Shown: piece by piece, positions 8,864-18,631 of the stretch
Numbering within the stretch: the first letter of the stretch is position 1
Layout: every line of letters starts with the position of its first letter
NCBI GenBank assembly: GCA_937911865.1
Contig: CALDSK010000140.1
Span: 1-39,389 of the forward strand
Reading direction: 5' to 3'
Source of the DNA: an uncultured Synechococcus sp.
GTDB taxonomy: Bacteria; Cyanobacteriota; Cyanobacteriia; Phormidesmidales; Phormidesmidaceae
Length of the DNA: 39,389 nt
The notes under the pieces: model-generated
Seen by the model: only the letters and a program-made list of their open reading frames with translations
Told to the model about the DNA's origin: nothing
Databases searched by the model: none
Made by a program: the position numbers and the translations under genes

Positions 8864-10312
8864 ATGGCCATCAAAACACCAGACTGGGTGAAGCACGCTG
8901 TTTTCTACCAGATCTTTCCGGATAGATTTGCCCGCACCACCCGCACTGACCTCCTACCAGAAATGAAGGTCCCATTTGAATCTTGGGAGAGTGCGCCGAC
9001 GGTTCATGGCTATAAAGGCGGTGACTTATGGGGTGTTGCAGAAAACTTAGATTATCTAAAAGATTTAGGTATTACGGCTATCTACTTCACTCCTATCTTT
9101 CAGTCTGCTAGTAACCATCGCTACCATACCCACGACTATTACAAGGTAGATCCGCTACTCGGCGGTAACGAAGCGTTTGCTCACATGCTAAAAGCTGCTC
9201 ACGATCGCGGCCTTAAAGTTGTTCTAGATGGCGTGTTTAATCATTCTAGTCGAGGATTCTTCTTCTTTAATGACCTTTTAGAAAACGGCGATAAATCTCC
9301 TTGGCTCGACTGGTTTCGCGTGAAAGACTGGCCTCTGAATGCCTATGATGATAGCAAGCCAACAAACTACGACTGCTGGTGGAACTTGCCAGCACTGCCC
9401 CAGTTTAACCACGACAATGCGCAGACCCGTGAGTACATTATGCGTGTGGGCGAATACTGGGTAGAGCAAGGCATTGATGGCTGGCGGCTAGATGTGCCTG
9501 AAGAGGTGAAAACAGAAGGCTTTTGGGTTGAGTTTCGCGATCGCATCAAAGCCATTAATCCAGAGGCCTACATTGTTGGAGAGATTTGGGTAGATGCCAG
9601 TGAATGGCTCCAAGGCGATCAGTTTGACGGGGTGATGAACTACTTGTTTACCGGTCCGGCGATTGCCTTTGCCGCACAAGAGACCGCTGATCAGATGCTG
9701 GCGGACACCGTTGCCTATGCGACCTATCCGGCTTTGGATGCGAAAAGCTATGCAGAGAAAGTGGATAAGCTGTTGAGTTTGTATGACTGGGAGATTCAAC
9801 AGACTCAGCTAAATCTGATCAGCAGTCACGATGTGGTGAGAGCGCTGAGTATGGTGGGTGATGACGTGGCAAGCATGTCACTGGCGACCCTTCTGTTGAT
9901 GACATTTCCTGGGGCGCCCAGCATTTATTACGGTGATGAAGTGGGCATAAATGGCAAGCGAGATCCTGACTGCCGTAAGGGATTTCCGAAAGAAGAGAAG
10001 TGGAATCAACAGATATATAAGGTGCACAAAGACTTGATTGCGCTGCGCTCTAGCCATGAGGCGCTGCGGATAGGCAAGTACCAAACGCTAGCAGCTGAGG
10101 GTAACTGCTATGTATTTTCTAGAATGCTGGATAAAGAGATGGTGGTGGTCGCTGTCAACGCAGGCGATGCTGCTGTGCAGGTGCGACTGGCTGATATGGC
10201 GATGAAAAATGGAGAAGTGCTCTATGGTGATGGAAAAGTAGAGTGGTTAGGCGATCGCACCGCTATGCTAGAAATTCCAGCTCGTGCTGGCATGATACTG
10301 GGTACTACCTAA
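8864..10312 (+). CDS. GH13 alpha-amylase-family glycosidase (neopullulanase / cyclomaltodextrinase-like)
   Basis: The four GH13 conserved regions are present: VVLDGVFNHSS, IDGWRLDVPEEV, YIVGEIW, LISSHDV. The N-terminal VFYQIFPDRFA and GGDLWGV...LDYLKDLGITAIYFTPIF also fit. Confidence 0.9.
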   Translation: MAIKTPDWVKHAVFYQIFPDRFARTTRTDLLPEMKVPFESWESAPTVHGYKGGDLWGVAENLDYLKDLGITAIYFTPIFQSASNHRYHTHDYYKVDPLLGGNEAFAHMLKAAHDRGLKVVLDGVFNHSSRGFFFFNDLLENGDKSPWLDWFRVKDWPLNAYDDSKPTNYDCWWNLPALPQFNHDNAQTREYIMRVGEYWVEQGIDGWRLDVPEEVKTEGFWVEFRDRIKAINPEAYIVGEIWVDASEWLQGDQFDGVMNYLFTGPAIAFAAQETADQMLADTVAYATYPALDAKSYAEKVDKLLSLYDWEIQQTQLNLISSHDVVRALSMVGDDVASMSLATLLLMTFPGAPSIYYGDEVGINGKRDPDCRKGFPKEEKWNQQIYKVHKDLIALRSSHEALRIGKYQTLAAEGNCYVFSRMLDKEMVVVAVNAGDAAVQVRLADMAMKNGEVLYGDGKVEWLGDRTAMLEIPARAGMILGTT

Positions 10313-10324
10313 TGCTCTCGAACC

Positions 10325-10354
10325 TGCGCCTCGTCATGGATAAACCGAGGCGCA
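10325..10354. terminator. Stem-loop between the convergent GH13 gene and the small minus-strand ORF
   Basis: TGCGCCTCG (10325-10333) pairs perfectly with CGAGGCGCA (10346-10354) with a 12-nt loop. The only T-run (10375-10382) is about 20 nt downstream, so the terminator call is weak. Confidence 0.3.
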
Positions 10355-10379
10355 AAGCAAGGCGTGAAGAGAAGTTTTT

Positions 10380-10562
10380 TTAAGATGCTTCAGCACTACT
10401 CTCAGCTGTCGCCATTTGACGTTCTACCGTTTCGATTTCGGCGTTGGTAGCCGCTAGGCGTGCTTCTAGAAAGTCGCGTATGGATTTGAGATTTTTGAGC
10501 TTGAATTTTTTGTAGTCTTGGGGAGACGTGTGATGAGGACTACAACAGAATGGAAAAAACAT
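10380..10562 (-). CDS. Small hypothetical protein (60 aa, predicted helical C-terminus)
   Basis: It is the only ORF in this spacer and I recognised no motif. LEARLAATNAEIETVERQMA looks coiled-coil-like. It could be non-coding. Confidence 0.3.
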   Translation of the reverse strand: MFFPFCCSPHHTSPQDYKKFKLKNLKSIRDFLEARLAATNAEIETVERQMATAESSAEAS

Positions 10563-10633
10563 AGAGAGTCACCTCGGAAAACCTAACTATAGGGTAACGA
10601 GTATGCTTACTATTGACAACGCAAGAGCGTTGG

Positions 10634-11158
10634 CTACACCTCGGTGGAGATGGGCTCTCCACTGACCTGTACAAAAAGTGTTCTTTCTCTGGGCCCGTCA
10701 AGTTCTAAAAACAGGATGGACTGGTAGGTACCCAAGGCCAGCTTTCCTTTTACGATAGGAACAACTTCGCTGGTGCTCAGTGTCATGGCCATCAGATGAG
10801 AGTGCGCGTTGATGGGTTCATCTGGGGGCACAACACGTAGATGTAAGTCGTTGTGAAGGTACTTATCGTTGGGCGATGCGAGCTTTTGTAAGTAAGTTTT
10901 AATATCAGTGAGTAGTCTTGTTTCGTACTCATTGATGGCAAGAGCGGTTGTCGTGTGGCGAGAGAAAACCAGTACCTGCCCTGACGCGATCTTATGTTCT
11001 GTTACAAAATCTTGAATTCTTTCGGTAACGTTATAGACGCCAATGCTTGCATCTGTGGGGATTTCTAAGACTGTGTGTGCGATCGCCATAGGGGAAATAT
11101 CGTCAGTTCTCTGCATAGACTGCATAAAAGAAGTGAGCACACCAGAGAGCGTACTCAC
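10634..11158 (-). CDS. YjbQ/UPF0047-family protein (secondary thiamine-phosphate synthase-like)
   Basis: Family signatures VFSRHTTTALAINEYE...L..D, then HNDLHLR...PINAHSHLMAM and ...LGTYQSILFLELDGPRER. Confidence 0.75.
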   Translation of the reverse strand: MSTLSGVLTSFMQSMQRTDDISPMAIAHTVLEIPTDASIGVYNVTERIQDFVTEHKIASGQVLVFSRHTTTALAINEYETRLLTDIKTYLQKLASPNDKYLHNDLHLRVVPPDEPINAHSHLMAMTLSTSEVVPIVKGKLALGTYQSILFLELDGPRERTLFVQVSGEPISTEV

Positions 11159-11231
11159 TTCTTTCTTTATAAGTAGATCCTACCAGCGCCCTTATGCAAG
11201 CGGTAGCGGCTTTCTCTGCTGTCGCGGTGAA

Positions 11232-12089
<858 letters not shown>

Positions 12090-12935
12090 TAGGAGTGTGT
12101 CTTCTTCTTTTTAAAGCCTTCAAACTGTCGCTACGTTACGAAATTTTGACATTACTTAACCTTGAGTGAACATTATGACGCATCGCGTGTTTGACTGCCC
12201 TGCTGTAGGACAGTTTTCCTTCGTGGTAGGTTTTTGTGTGCATAAAGTGAAAATGCGCTCACCCACAGATCGCAACCGTGAGCCTAGCAGGCAATGTTCG
12301 GTTTAGCCTTTGCCTAAAATTTCAGTGACGTGTCAGCTTTTAAAAAAGCGTGAAACGCTGCGGTGGCGTTCACTAAGCGTGAATTTCTGTTAAGGCTGAA
12401 AGCTGGCTGTGGGCTTCGGCTCGACAAGCGGCTTTAGCTCGGTTAGCGCTTGTTGTGTACGTTATGCCGTAAGAAATTTAGCCAATATTGGCCAATATGA
12501 GGGGCGGTTGGATAAAGCTGTGCGATAAGAAATTTGCATCATAGAAGCTTGCGCTATAGGAATTTTGTCCTGTGATCGCTATGCGCGGTGTGAGCAGTGT
12601 GCGCAAAGGGATTTGAAAGATGAGCGGTGAGCGCTTACCCGTGTCTCTTTGTTCAAATTCTTTTATGTGAGCATTCTATGAAACGTTATGCATACAACTT
12701 TGCCAGACGATCGACAGCCCGTAGACTGCTGAAATAGCGTTTACTACAGTATGCTCACGCTGAGTGATATTTTCTCTACCTTGTGATGTTTCCCGTGTGA
12801 TGTCCTCTATGTGGTGTCTGCTGTATAGTTTCTGTCGAGATGGGTCGTTCGCACAGGCTGTAGTCTTCTCTAGTTTTTCTCGATTGATGCTTATGCTCTT
12901 TTAGCAGCGGCAAGGTAGCAAGTAGTAGGTGCTGG

Positions 12936-13448
12936 ATGCTAGCTGTTGCTCTCGTCTCTTTTGTTCATCGCCCCAAACCAATGTCTATTTTTTTATCTCG
13001 CTCATTAGCGCGTCCGCCCGTTCGTTTCAGACTGGCTCACACGGTGCTTGCTGTGCTGGCCTGCGGTCTGTGTTTATTTAGCACAACGTTTGGTTTGAGT
13101 GCGATCGCTCATCAGCTCAACCAAAGCTATCTCTATTTGCAAATCGGTGAGTCGTCTATTACCGCGAGAGCTGAGCTACCGATTCAAGATTTAAACAAGG
13201 TGCTAGAGCTGGGCTTTGACCCAGACAAAAGAATAAGCCCCGAGCAAATAGCGCCGCACTTGGAGGATATAAAAGCCTACGTTGCAGCGCATACGGCGCT
13301 CGACTGTGCCCCCCAAACCTGCTCACTGTCGTTTACTGAAGTTGATTATCTCAACACCTATCAGTCACAGTATTTACTGCTGAACTATGATTTGGACGGC
13401 TTTGAGCAGCTGCCTGAATCACTAGAAGCAACCTATGATGTGATGTAG
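12936..13448 (+). CDS. N-terminal (signal peptide plus periplasmic) part of a HupE/UreJ_2-like membrane protein, ended by an in-frame TAG
   Basis: Signal-like VLAVLACGLCLFSTTFGLSAIAH. The ORF ends at TAG 13446-13448 and the next ORF (13473) is in the same frame. An alternative start is the ATG at 12981 (MSIFLSRS...). Confidence 0.6.
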   Translation: MLAVALVSFVHRPKPMSIFLSRSLARPPVRFRLAHTVLAVLACGLCLFSTTFGLSAIAHQLNQSYLYLQIGESSITARAELPIQDLNKVLELGFDPDKRISPEQIAPHLEDIKAYVAAHTALDCAPQTCSLSFTEVDYLNTYQSQYLLLNYDLDGFEQLPESLEATYDVM

Positions 13449-13472
13449 GCCGAACTGCCGCAGACCACCAAT

Positions 13473-14228
13473 ATGCAGCTGAATGAGGAGAACTGGATGC
13501 CAGAAACCTTAGGCAATGCATCCAGCGCGCTGTTGATATTCGATAATGCCGGCGATGTGCGATCGCTAGACCTTGCTTCCGGCAGCTTGCTTCAAGGCTT
13601 TTGGGGGGTTGTTAAGCTCGGTGTGAAGCACATTGTAGAAGGCATCGATCACGTTTTATTTTTGGTTGCTTTACTCCTCCCCTCAGTGCTACGCCGTAAA
13701 GAAAGCAGCGCTTGGCAACCTGTGGATAGCTTCTCTACCGCGTTTATTTATATTCTCAAGATTGTAACGGCCTTTACGGTCGCTCACAGCATTACCCTTT
13801 GCCTGGCGACTTTGCAGATTGTGTCGGTGCCGTCTCGGGTGGTGGAATCAATTATTGCGGCTTCTATTGGCCTGGCTGCGCTGGAAATCTTTTATCCTAT
13901 TTTCAAGGGAAGAGCCTGGCTAATTATCTTTTTGTTTGGTCTGTTTCACGGCTTTGGTTTTGCCGATGTACTCGGTGAACTAGGCGTTACCAGTCAGCAT
14001 ACGGCGCTCTCCTTATTTGGTTTCAACTTGGGCGTAGAGCTTGGTCAGATAGCGATAATCGCGGTCGTGTTTCCGATACTGTATCTGGTGCGCACTCAGC
14101 GATTCTATTCTTCTTTTGTGCTGAAGACGGGAGGACTGCTGCTAGGGGCGATATCTTTATACTGGTTCATTGAGCGAGCGTTTGACATCAATATTCGATT
14201 TTTGCCTTTGCTACAGGGCCTGTTTTAG
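13473..14228 (+). CDS. Membrane part of the same HupE/UreJ_2-like protein
   Basis: GVKHIVEGIDHVLFLVALLLP matches the HupE/UreJ H-x4-G-x-DH-x-LF motif. Five or six hydrophobic helices follow (FGLFHGFGFADVL...GVELGQIAI). Codons 13449-13472 upstream are open and in frame with 12936..13448. Confidence 0.7.
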   Translation: MQLNEENWMPETLGNASSALLIFDNAGDVRSLDLASGSLLQGFWGVVKLGVKHIVEGIDHVLFLVALLLPSVLRRKESSAWQPVDSFSTAFIYILKIVTAFTVAHSITLCLATLQIVSVPSRVVESIIAASIGLAALEIFYPIFKGRAWLIIFLFGLFHGFGFADVLGELGVTSQHTALSLFGFNLGVELGQIAIIAVVFPILYLVRTQRFYSSFVLKTGGLLLGAISLYWFIERAFDINIRFLPLLQGLF

Positions 14229-14231
14229 ACC

Positions 14232-15368
14232 ATGGTTGCTTTATTCCAAGAATCGTCTCTTTCCCAAGATAGTGTTCCTCAAGAGAGCGTTCCTCAAGCC
14301 GGTGTTACTCGTCCGCGCCTTCGCACAAAGGTCCTCTCTGTCGAAGATATTCGACAGATTGTGGTGCATGTGGGGTTAGACGTCTTGATGGATGAGATGA
14401 TCGCCCGGCTTACAGAGGCGTTTGCTCAGTTTGACCCGTCGGAGACTGTTGTCCCCGTGCGCACTGGCTTTAGCTACGAACAGCCACAGGTGGGGCTAGT
14501 GGAGTGGATGCCCCTGTTTCAAAAGTATCAGCAGATTGTGGTGAAGGCTGTAGGCTACCATCCGCACAACCCTGATGTGCATCATTTGCCGACAGTGCTC
14601 TCTACGCTCTCAGCCTATGACCCAAGCTCTGGCCATTTGAGCGCGGTAATGGATGGCACTTTTTTGACGGCGCTAAGAACTGGGGCCGCGAGTGCGATCG
14701 CTAGTCAACATCTGGCGCTGCCCCATAGCAAAACACTGGGATTAATCGGTGCGGGCGCGCAGGCCGTAACGCAACTCCATGCCCTTTCTCGCTGTTTTGA
14801 GCTAGAGCGGGTGCTGATTTTTGACAGTGATTCAAAGGTAAGCGGTTCGTTTTCTGAGCGGATAGCAGGTTTGGGATTAGAGACTTTAGTCTTTCAGCAG
14901 GCCACTGTTTCTGAGATAGTCGCGGCGGCAGATATTGTGTGTACGGCTACTTCGGTAGAGGTTGGTGCTGGGCCTGTTTTCGATGACCATAGTTTACAGC
15001 CCTGGCTACATGTGAACGCGGTGGGGGCTGATTTTCCGGGTAAGTTTGAGCTGCCACTTAGCCTGTTGCAGCGTGGTTTTGTTTGTCCTGATTTTAGGGC
15101 GCAGGCGATCTTAGAAGGCGAATGTCAGCAGCTGACAGAAAGAGGAGAGATTGGCCCGGAGCTATCGGCAGTGGTGAAGCGGCCCGAACAATACCAGGAG
15201 AAACAACAGCAGCTGACGGTGTTTGATTCGACCGGGTTTGCGTTGGAGGATCAAGTCGCGATGAACATGATGCTGGACTATGCTAAAGCCTTAGATGTGG
15301 GCTCGTGGATGAGTTTAGAGAGCGCGGCTGCGGATGTGAAAAATCCCTATAGCTTTTTGTCCCTGTAG
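14232..15368 (+). CDS. Ornithine cyclodeaminase / mu-crystallin family enzyme (probable L-proline or pipecolate supplier)
   Basis: FLTALRTGAASAIASQHLA and the Rossmann segment LGLIGAGAQAVTQLHAL are OCD-family hallmarks. The N-terminal 30 aa include a 15-nt x3 repeat (QDSVP/QESVP/QAGVT). Confidence 0.8.
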   Translation: MVALFQESSLSQDSVPQESVPQAGVTRPRLRTKVLSVEDIRQIVVHVGLDVLMDEMIARLTEAFAQFDPSETVVPVRTGFSYEQPQVGLVEWMPLFQKYQQIVVKAVGYHPHNPDVHHLPTVLSTLSAYDPSSGHLSAVMDGTFLTALRTGAASAIASQHLALPHSKTLGLIGAGAQAVTQLHALSRCFELERVLIFDSDSKVSGSFSERIAGLGLETLVFQQATVSEIVAAADIVCTATSVEVGAGPVFDDHSLQPWLHVNAVGADFPGKFELPLSLLQRGFVCPDFRAQAILEGECQQLTERGEIGPELSAVVKRPEQYQEKQQQLTVFDSTGFALEDQVAMNMMLDYAKALDVGSWMSLESAAADVKNPYSFLSL

Positions 15369-15400
15369 CTTTTTGTGGTTGTAATTTTACTAGCACCCTA

Positions 15401-15462
15401 AAGAGAAGCCAGAGAGAAAACAAAGAAGCCAAAGAGAAAACAGCGAAGGAGCCGGAGAGAGA
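15401..15462. repeat. Purine-rich tandem repeat of about 20-21 nt x3 filling the OCD-ACAD spacer
   Basis: The units are AAGAGAAGCCAGAGAGAAAAC, AAAGAAGCCAAAGAGAAAAC and AGCGAAGGAGCCGGAGAGAGAA. The last unit supplies the GGAG Shine-Dalgarno for the ATG at 15463. Confidence 0.75.
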
Positions 15463-16614
15463 ATGGAATTTGCTTGGTCAGAAGAACAGCTTGCCTTTAA
15501 ACAGCGCGTGGTGGAGTTTGCGAAAAACACGCTAGATAGTGACGATATGGTTGAGCGTGACTATCACGGCAAGTTCTCTTGGGAGAATTGGAAAAAGTGC
15601 GCTGACTTTGGCATTCAAGGCATGTGTATGCCCGCAGAATACAGCGGCTCTCCGGCGCTGGACATTATGACGGCGGTGCTAGGGATGGAGGCAATCGGCT
15701 ATGGCTGTAAAGACAACGGCTTGACTCTAGCGCTGAATGCGCAGATGTGGACGGTACAGATTTTGCTCTCGCAGTTTGGGTCTGATGCTCAAAAGCAAAA
15801 ATATTTGCCACGCTTGTGCAACGGTGAGTGGATTGGCGTACATGCCCTTTCTGAGCCGGATTCGGGATCGGATGTGTATAGCCTAAAAACGTCTGCAGCC
15901 AAGTGCGATGGGGGCTATCTGCTCAACGGACGCAAGAAATTTGTGACCTGTGCGCCGATTTGCAACCTGGCACTGGTGTTTGCCACGATTGATCAGAGCT
16001 TGGGCAAGTGGGGGCTGAGCGTCTTTTTAGTGGAAAAAGACGCTCCTGGCTTTTCTACCGGGCCGGTAAAAGAGAAAATGGGCCTGCGCACCGCGCCCTT
16101 TGGAGAGATTTTCTTTGAAGATTGTTTTGTGCCAGAAGAGAACCGGCTAGGGCCTGAAGGGGCTGGCTTTAGCTTTTCTCATAGCTCGCTAGAGTACGAC
16201 CGCTGTTTTAACCTGGCCAGTGAGCTAGGGGCTATGGAGCGACAGCTAGAGCGCACGATTGAGTATGCGAAGTCCAGAGAGCAGTACGGTCAGCCGATTG
16301 GCAAGTTTCAGTCGGTGTCGAATCGGATTGCGGATATGAAGCTGCGGCTAGAGACCGCGCGGCTGCTGCTGTACAAGGTGGCCTGGCTAAAAGAGCGAGG
16401 TGAGCCAGCGATGATGGAGGCCGCGATGCTGAAGCTACATTTAAGTGAGTGCTACGTGGCCTCTGGATTAGACGCGGTGCGGATTCATGGCGGCAATGGA
16501 TATTTGACTGAGCATGAGGTAGAAAGAGACTTTCGCGATTCGGTAGGCGGCGTGATTTATGCGGGTACCTCAGACATTCAGCGAAATATTATTGCGCGCT
16601 CTTTAGGGTTGTAA
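15463..16614 (+). CDS. Acyl-CoA dehydrogenase-family flavoprotein, probably an aminoacyl/acyl-carrier-protein oxidase
   Basis: Full-length ACAD architecture (...ALSEPDSGSD...; ...FKQRVVEF...; C-terminal RIHGGNGYLTEHEVERDFRD...YAGTSDIQRNIIARSL). It is adjacent to a stand-alone A enzyme and a carrier protein. Confidence 0.85.
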   Translation: MEFAWSEEQLAFKQRVVEFAKNTLDSDDMVERDYHGKFSWENWKKCADFGIQGMCMPAEYSGSPALDIMTAVLGMEAIGYGCKDNGLTLALNAQMWTVQILLSQFGSDAQKQKYLPRLCNGEWIGVHALSEPDSGSDVYSLKTSAAKCDGGYLLNGRKKFVTCAPICNLALVFATIDQSLGKWGLSVFLVEKDAPGFSTGPVKEKMGLRTAPFGEIFFEDCFVPEENRLGPEGAGFSFSHSSLEYDRCFNLASELGAMERQLERTIEYAKSREQYGQPIGKFQSVSNRIADMKLRLETARLLLYKVAWLKERGEPAMMEAAMLKLHLSECYVASGLDAVRIHGGNGYLTEHEVERDFRDSVGGVIYAGTSDIQRNIIARSLGL

Positions 16615-16628
16615 GGGGGCGAGTGGTA

Positions 16629-18290
16629 ATGATCTATCTTCTATCTCAAATCTTGGATCGTTCGGCGTCGCGCTTTCCCGATCACGATGCCTTTCGCTGT
16701 GAGGGCGTGGGCCTGACCTACGCTGAGCTGTTGCAGCGAGCGAATGGGCTGGCGCAATGGCTGGTAGCGCACGGGGTGGAAAGGGGCGATCGCGTTGGCA
16801 TTTATTTGAACAAAAGTTTGGAGAGTGCGATCGCTGTCTACGGCATTTGGAAAGCTGGCGGGGCCTATGTTCCACTAGATCCAAATGCGCCGCTAGCCCG
16901 AACGGCCTATGCGATTAATCACTGTGAGATTCGATGTTTGATTACCTACAAGGGGCGGCGATCGCGCATTCTAGATCTTCTACAAGCTTCACCCACACTC
17001 TCTTGCATTGTTGGCTTACCAGATTCGTTTGAGCTAGATCAATCTGTCACGCGCTCTGTTACACGCTCTGTCACGCGCTGCGATTGGACCAATCTGCCCC
17101 TAAGTGACCAGGCTCCCAATGTGCGACTGATGGAACAAGACCTGGCGTACATTATGTATACCTCGGGTTCTACTGGCACGCCAAAGGGGATCATGCACAC
17201 CCACCGCAGTGGCCTAAACTATGCACAGATGGCCGCAGACACCTACAAGCTCACTCACAAAGATCGCCTGGGAAATCACTCGCCTCTGCACTTTGATATG
17301 TCTACGCTGGACTACTTTTCGGGCCCGTTGGTCGGTGCGACTACAGTAATCATCCCATCTGCCTATACAAAGCTACCCGCCAGCCTTTCACAGCTCGTGC
17401 AAGATGAGAGAATGACCATTTGGTATTCGGTTCCATTCGCGCTTATTCAGCTACTGCTGCGAGGTGCTATAGAGGAAAATGGTGAAGGAGAAAAAGAAAA
17501 GAGAGATTTATCTTCTTTACGCTGGGTACTGTTTGGCGGCGAGCCTTATCCCGCAAAGTATATGTACGGGCTAATGGAGAAGCTGCCCCAGGCGAGATTT
17601 AGCAATGTGTATGGCCCAGCGGAGATCAATCAGTGCAGCTATTACCACGTGCCGCCACTCGCTGACGGTGAACCGATGCCTGATCAGGTTGCGCCGATTG
17701 GCAAGATCTGGGCGAATGCTGAGGAGATTGTTGTCGATGATGACGATCGGCCAGTGTCTGTAGGGGAGATAGGCGAGCTGTTGGTGCGGACGCCGACGAT
17801 GATGCAGGGCTATTGGCGGCAGCCAGCGCTAAATGAGCGATGCTTTTACCGGACGGAGATTGCGAATCAGACAGCGGTGTTTTATCGGACGGGCGATCTG
17901 GTGCAGGAAATTGATGGTAACTATCATTTTGTCGGTCGAAAAGATCGGCAAGTAAAGATACGAGGCTACCGAATAGAGCTAGATGAAATAGAAGCAGCCT
18001 TGGTCGCGCACGAACAGGTGGAGGAAGCCGCAGCGTATTCTGTGCCGTCTGAGGTGGGAAGCGTGCGAGTAGAGGCAGCGGTGATTTTGAAGTCAGAGGT
18101 GACGCTAGCAAAGGAAGATTTGATGGCGTTTATAGCCGATAGATTGCCGAGCTATGCAATGCCTCAGCAGCTAGAGATTGTCTCTGTGTTCCCCAGAACA
18201 GGGACAGGAAAGATTGACCGGCGACTGTTGCAAAAGCGGGCAGTGGACAGCTATCGCGTAGCGATCTCGGAGGCTTACTCGGTTCAATGA
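16629..18290 (+). CDS. Stand-alone adenylation enzyme (AMP-dependent ligase, NRPS A-domain type)
   Basis: Motifs A3 YIMYTSGSTGTPKG, A5 NVYGPAE, A7 YRTGDL, A8 GRKDRQVKIRGYRIELDEIE and A10 PRTGTGKIDR are present. The ORF-track start is GTG 16623; ATG 16629 follows a G-rich stretch. It contains a 12-nt x3 in-frame repeat (SVTR)3 at 17043-17078. Confidence 0.85.
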   Translation: MIYLLSQILDRSASRFPDHDAFRCEGVGLTYAELLQRANGLAQWLVAHGVERGDRVGIYLNKSLESAIAVYGIWKAGGAYVPLDPNAPLARTAYAINHCEIRCLITYKGRRSRILDLLQASPTLSCIVGLPDSFELDQSVTRSVTRSVTRCDWTNLPLSDQAPNVRLMEQDLAYIMYTSGSTGTPKGIMHTHRSGLNYAQMAADTYKLTHKDRLGNHSPLHFDMSTLDYFSGPLVGATTVIIPSAYTKLPASLSQLVQDERMTIWYSVPFALIQLLLRGAIEENGEGEKEKRDLSSLRWVLFGGEPYPAKYMYGLMEKLPQARFSNVYGPAEINQCSYYHVPPLADGEPMPDQVAPIGKIWANAEEIVVDDDDRPVSVGEIGELLVRTPTMMQGYWRQPALNERCFYRTEIANQTAVFYRTGDLVQEIDGNYHFVGRKDRQVKIRGYRIELDEIEAALVAHEQVEEAAAYSVPSEVGSVRVEAAVILKSEVTLAKEDLMAFIADRLPSYAMPQQLEIVSVFPRTGTGKIDRRLLQKRAVDSYRVAISEAYSVQ

Positions 18291-18386
18291 CAAGATGTAG
18301 CTAAGACTCATATATTGATTGCCACAAATAGCCAAAAACTCTCTTTTCCCTTTTTCTAATCGATTTTTTAATCTCCTAACTTTCTC

Positions 18387-18626
18387 ATGGATAATCAAGA
18401 AATTCTGAAAAAATTTATCAGTGAAGATCTACTCAACAGTCGTCAGCGGGTTGAGGCGGATGACGATTTGCTTGGTGAAGAGATTATTGATTCTATGGGG
18501 GTTATGCGACTTGTGGCGTTTGTAGAAGAGACGTTCTCCTGCAAAGTTCCTCAGTCTGACATCACAATTACTAACTTTCGCACTATTAAGGCGATTGACA
18601 CCTATCTGGCCGCTAGGAGCCTGTAA
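18387..18626 (+). CDS. Stand-alone acyl/peptidyl carrier protein
   Basis: 79 aa with the phosphopantetheine-site context EEIIDSMGVMRLVAFVEE (DSxG-type Ser). Confidence 0.8.
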   Translation: MDNQEILKKFISEDLLNSRQRVEADDDLLGEEIIDSMGVMRLVAFVEETFSCKVPQSDITITNFRTIKAIDTYLAARSL

Positions 18627-18631
18627 CGATT

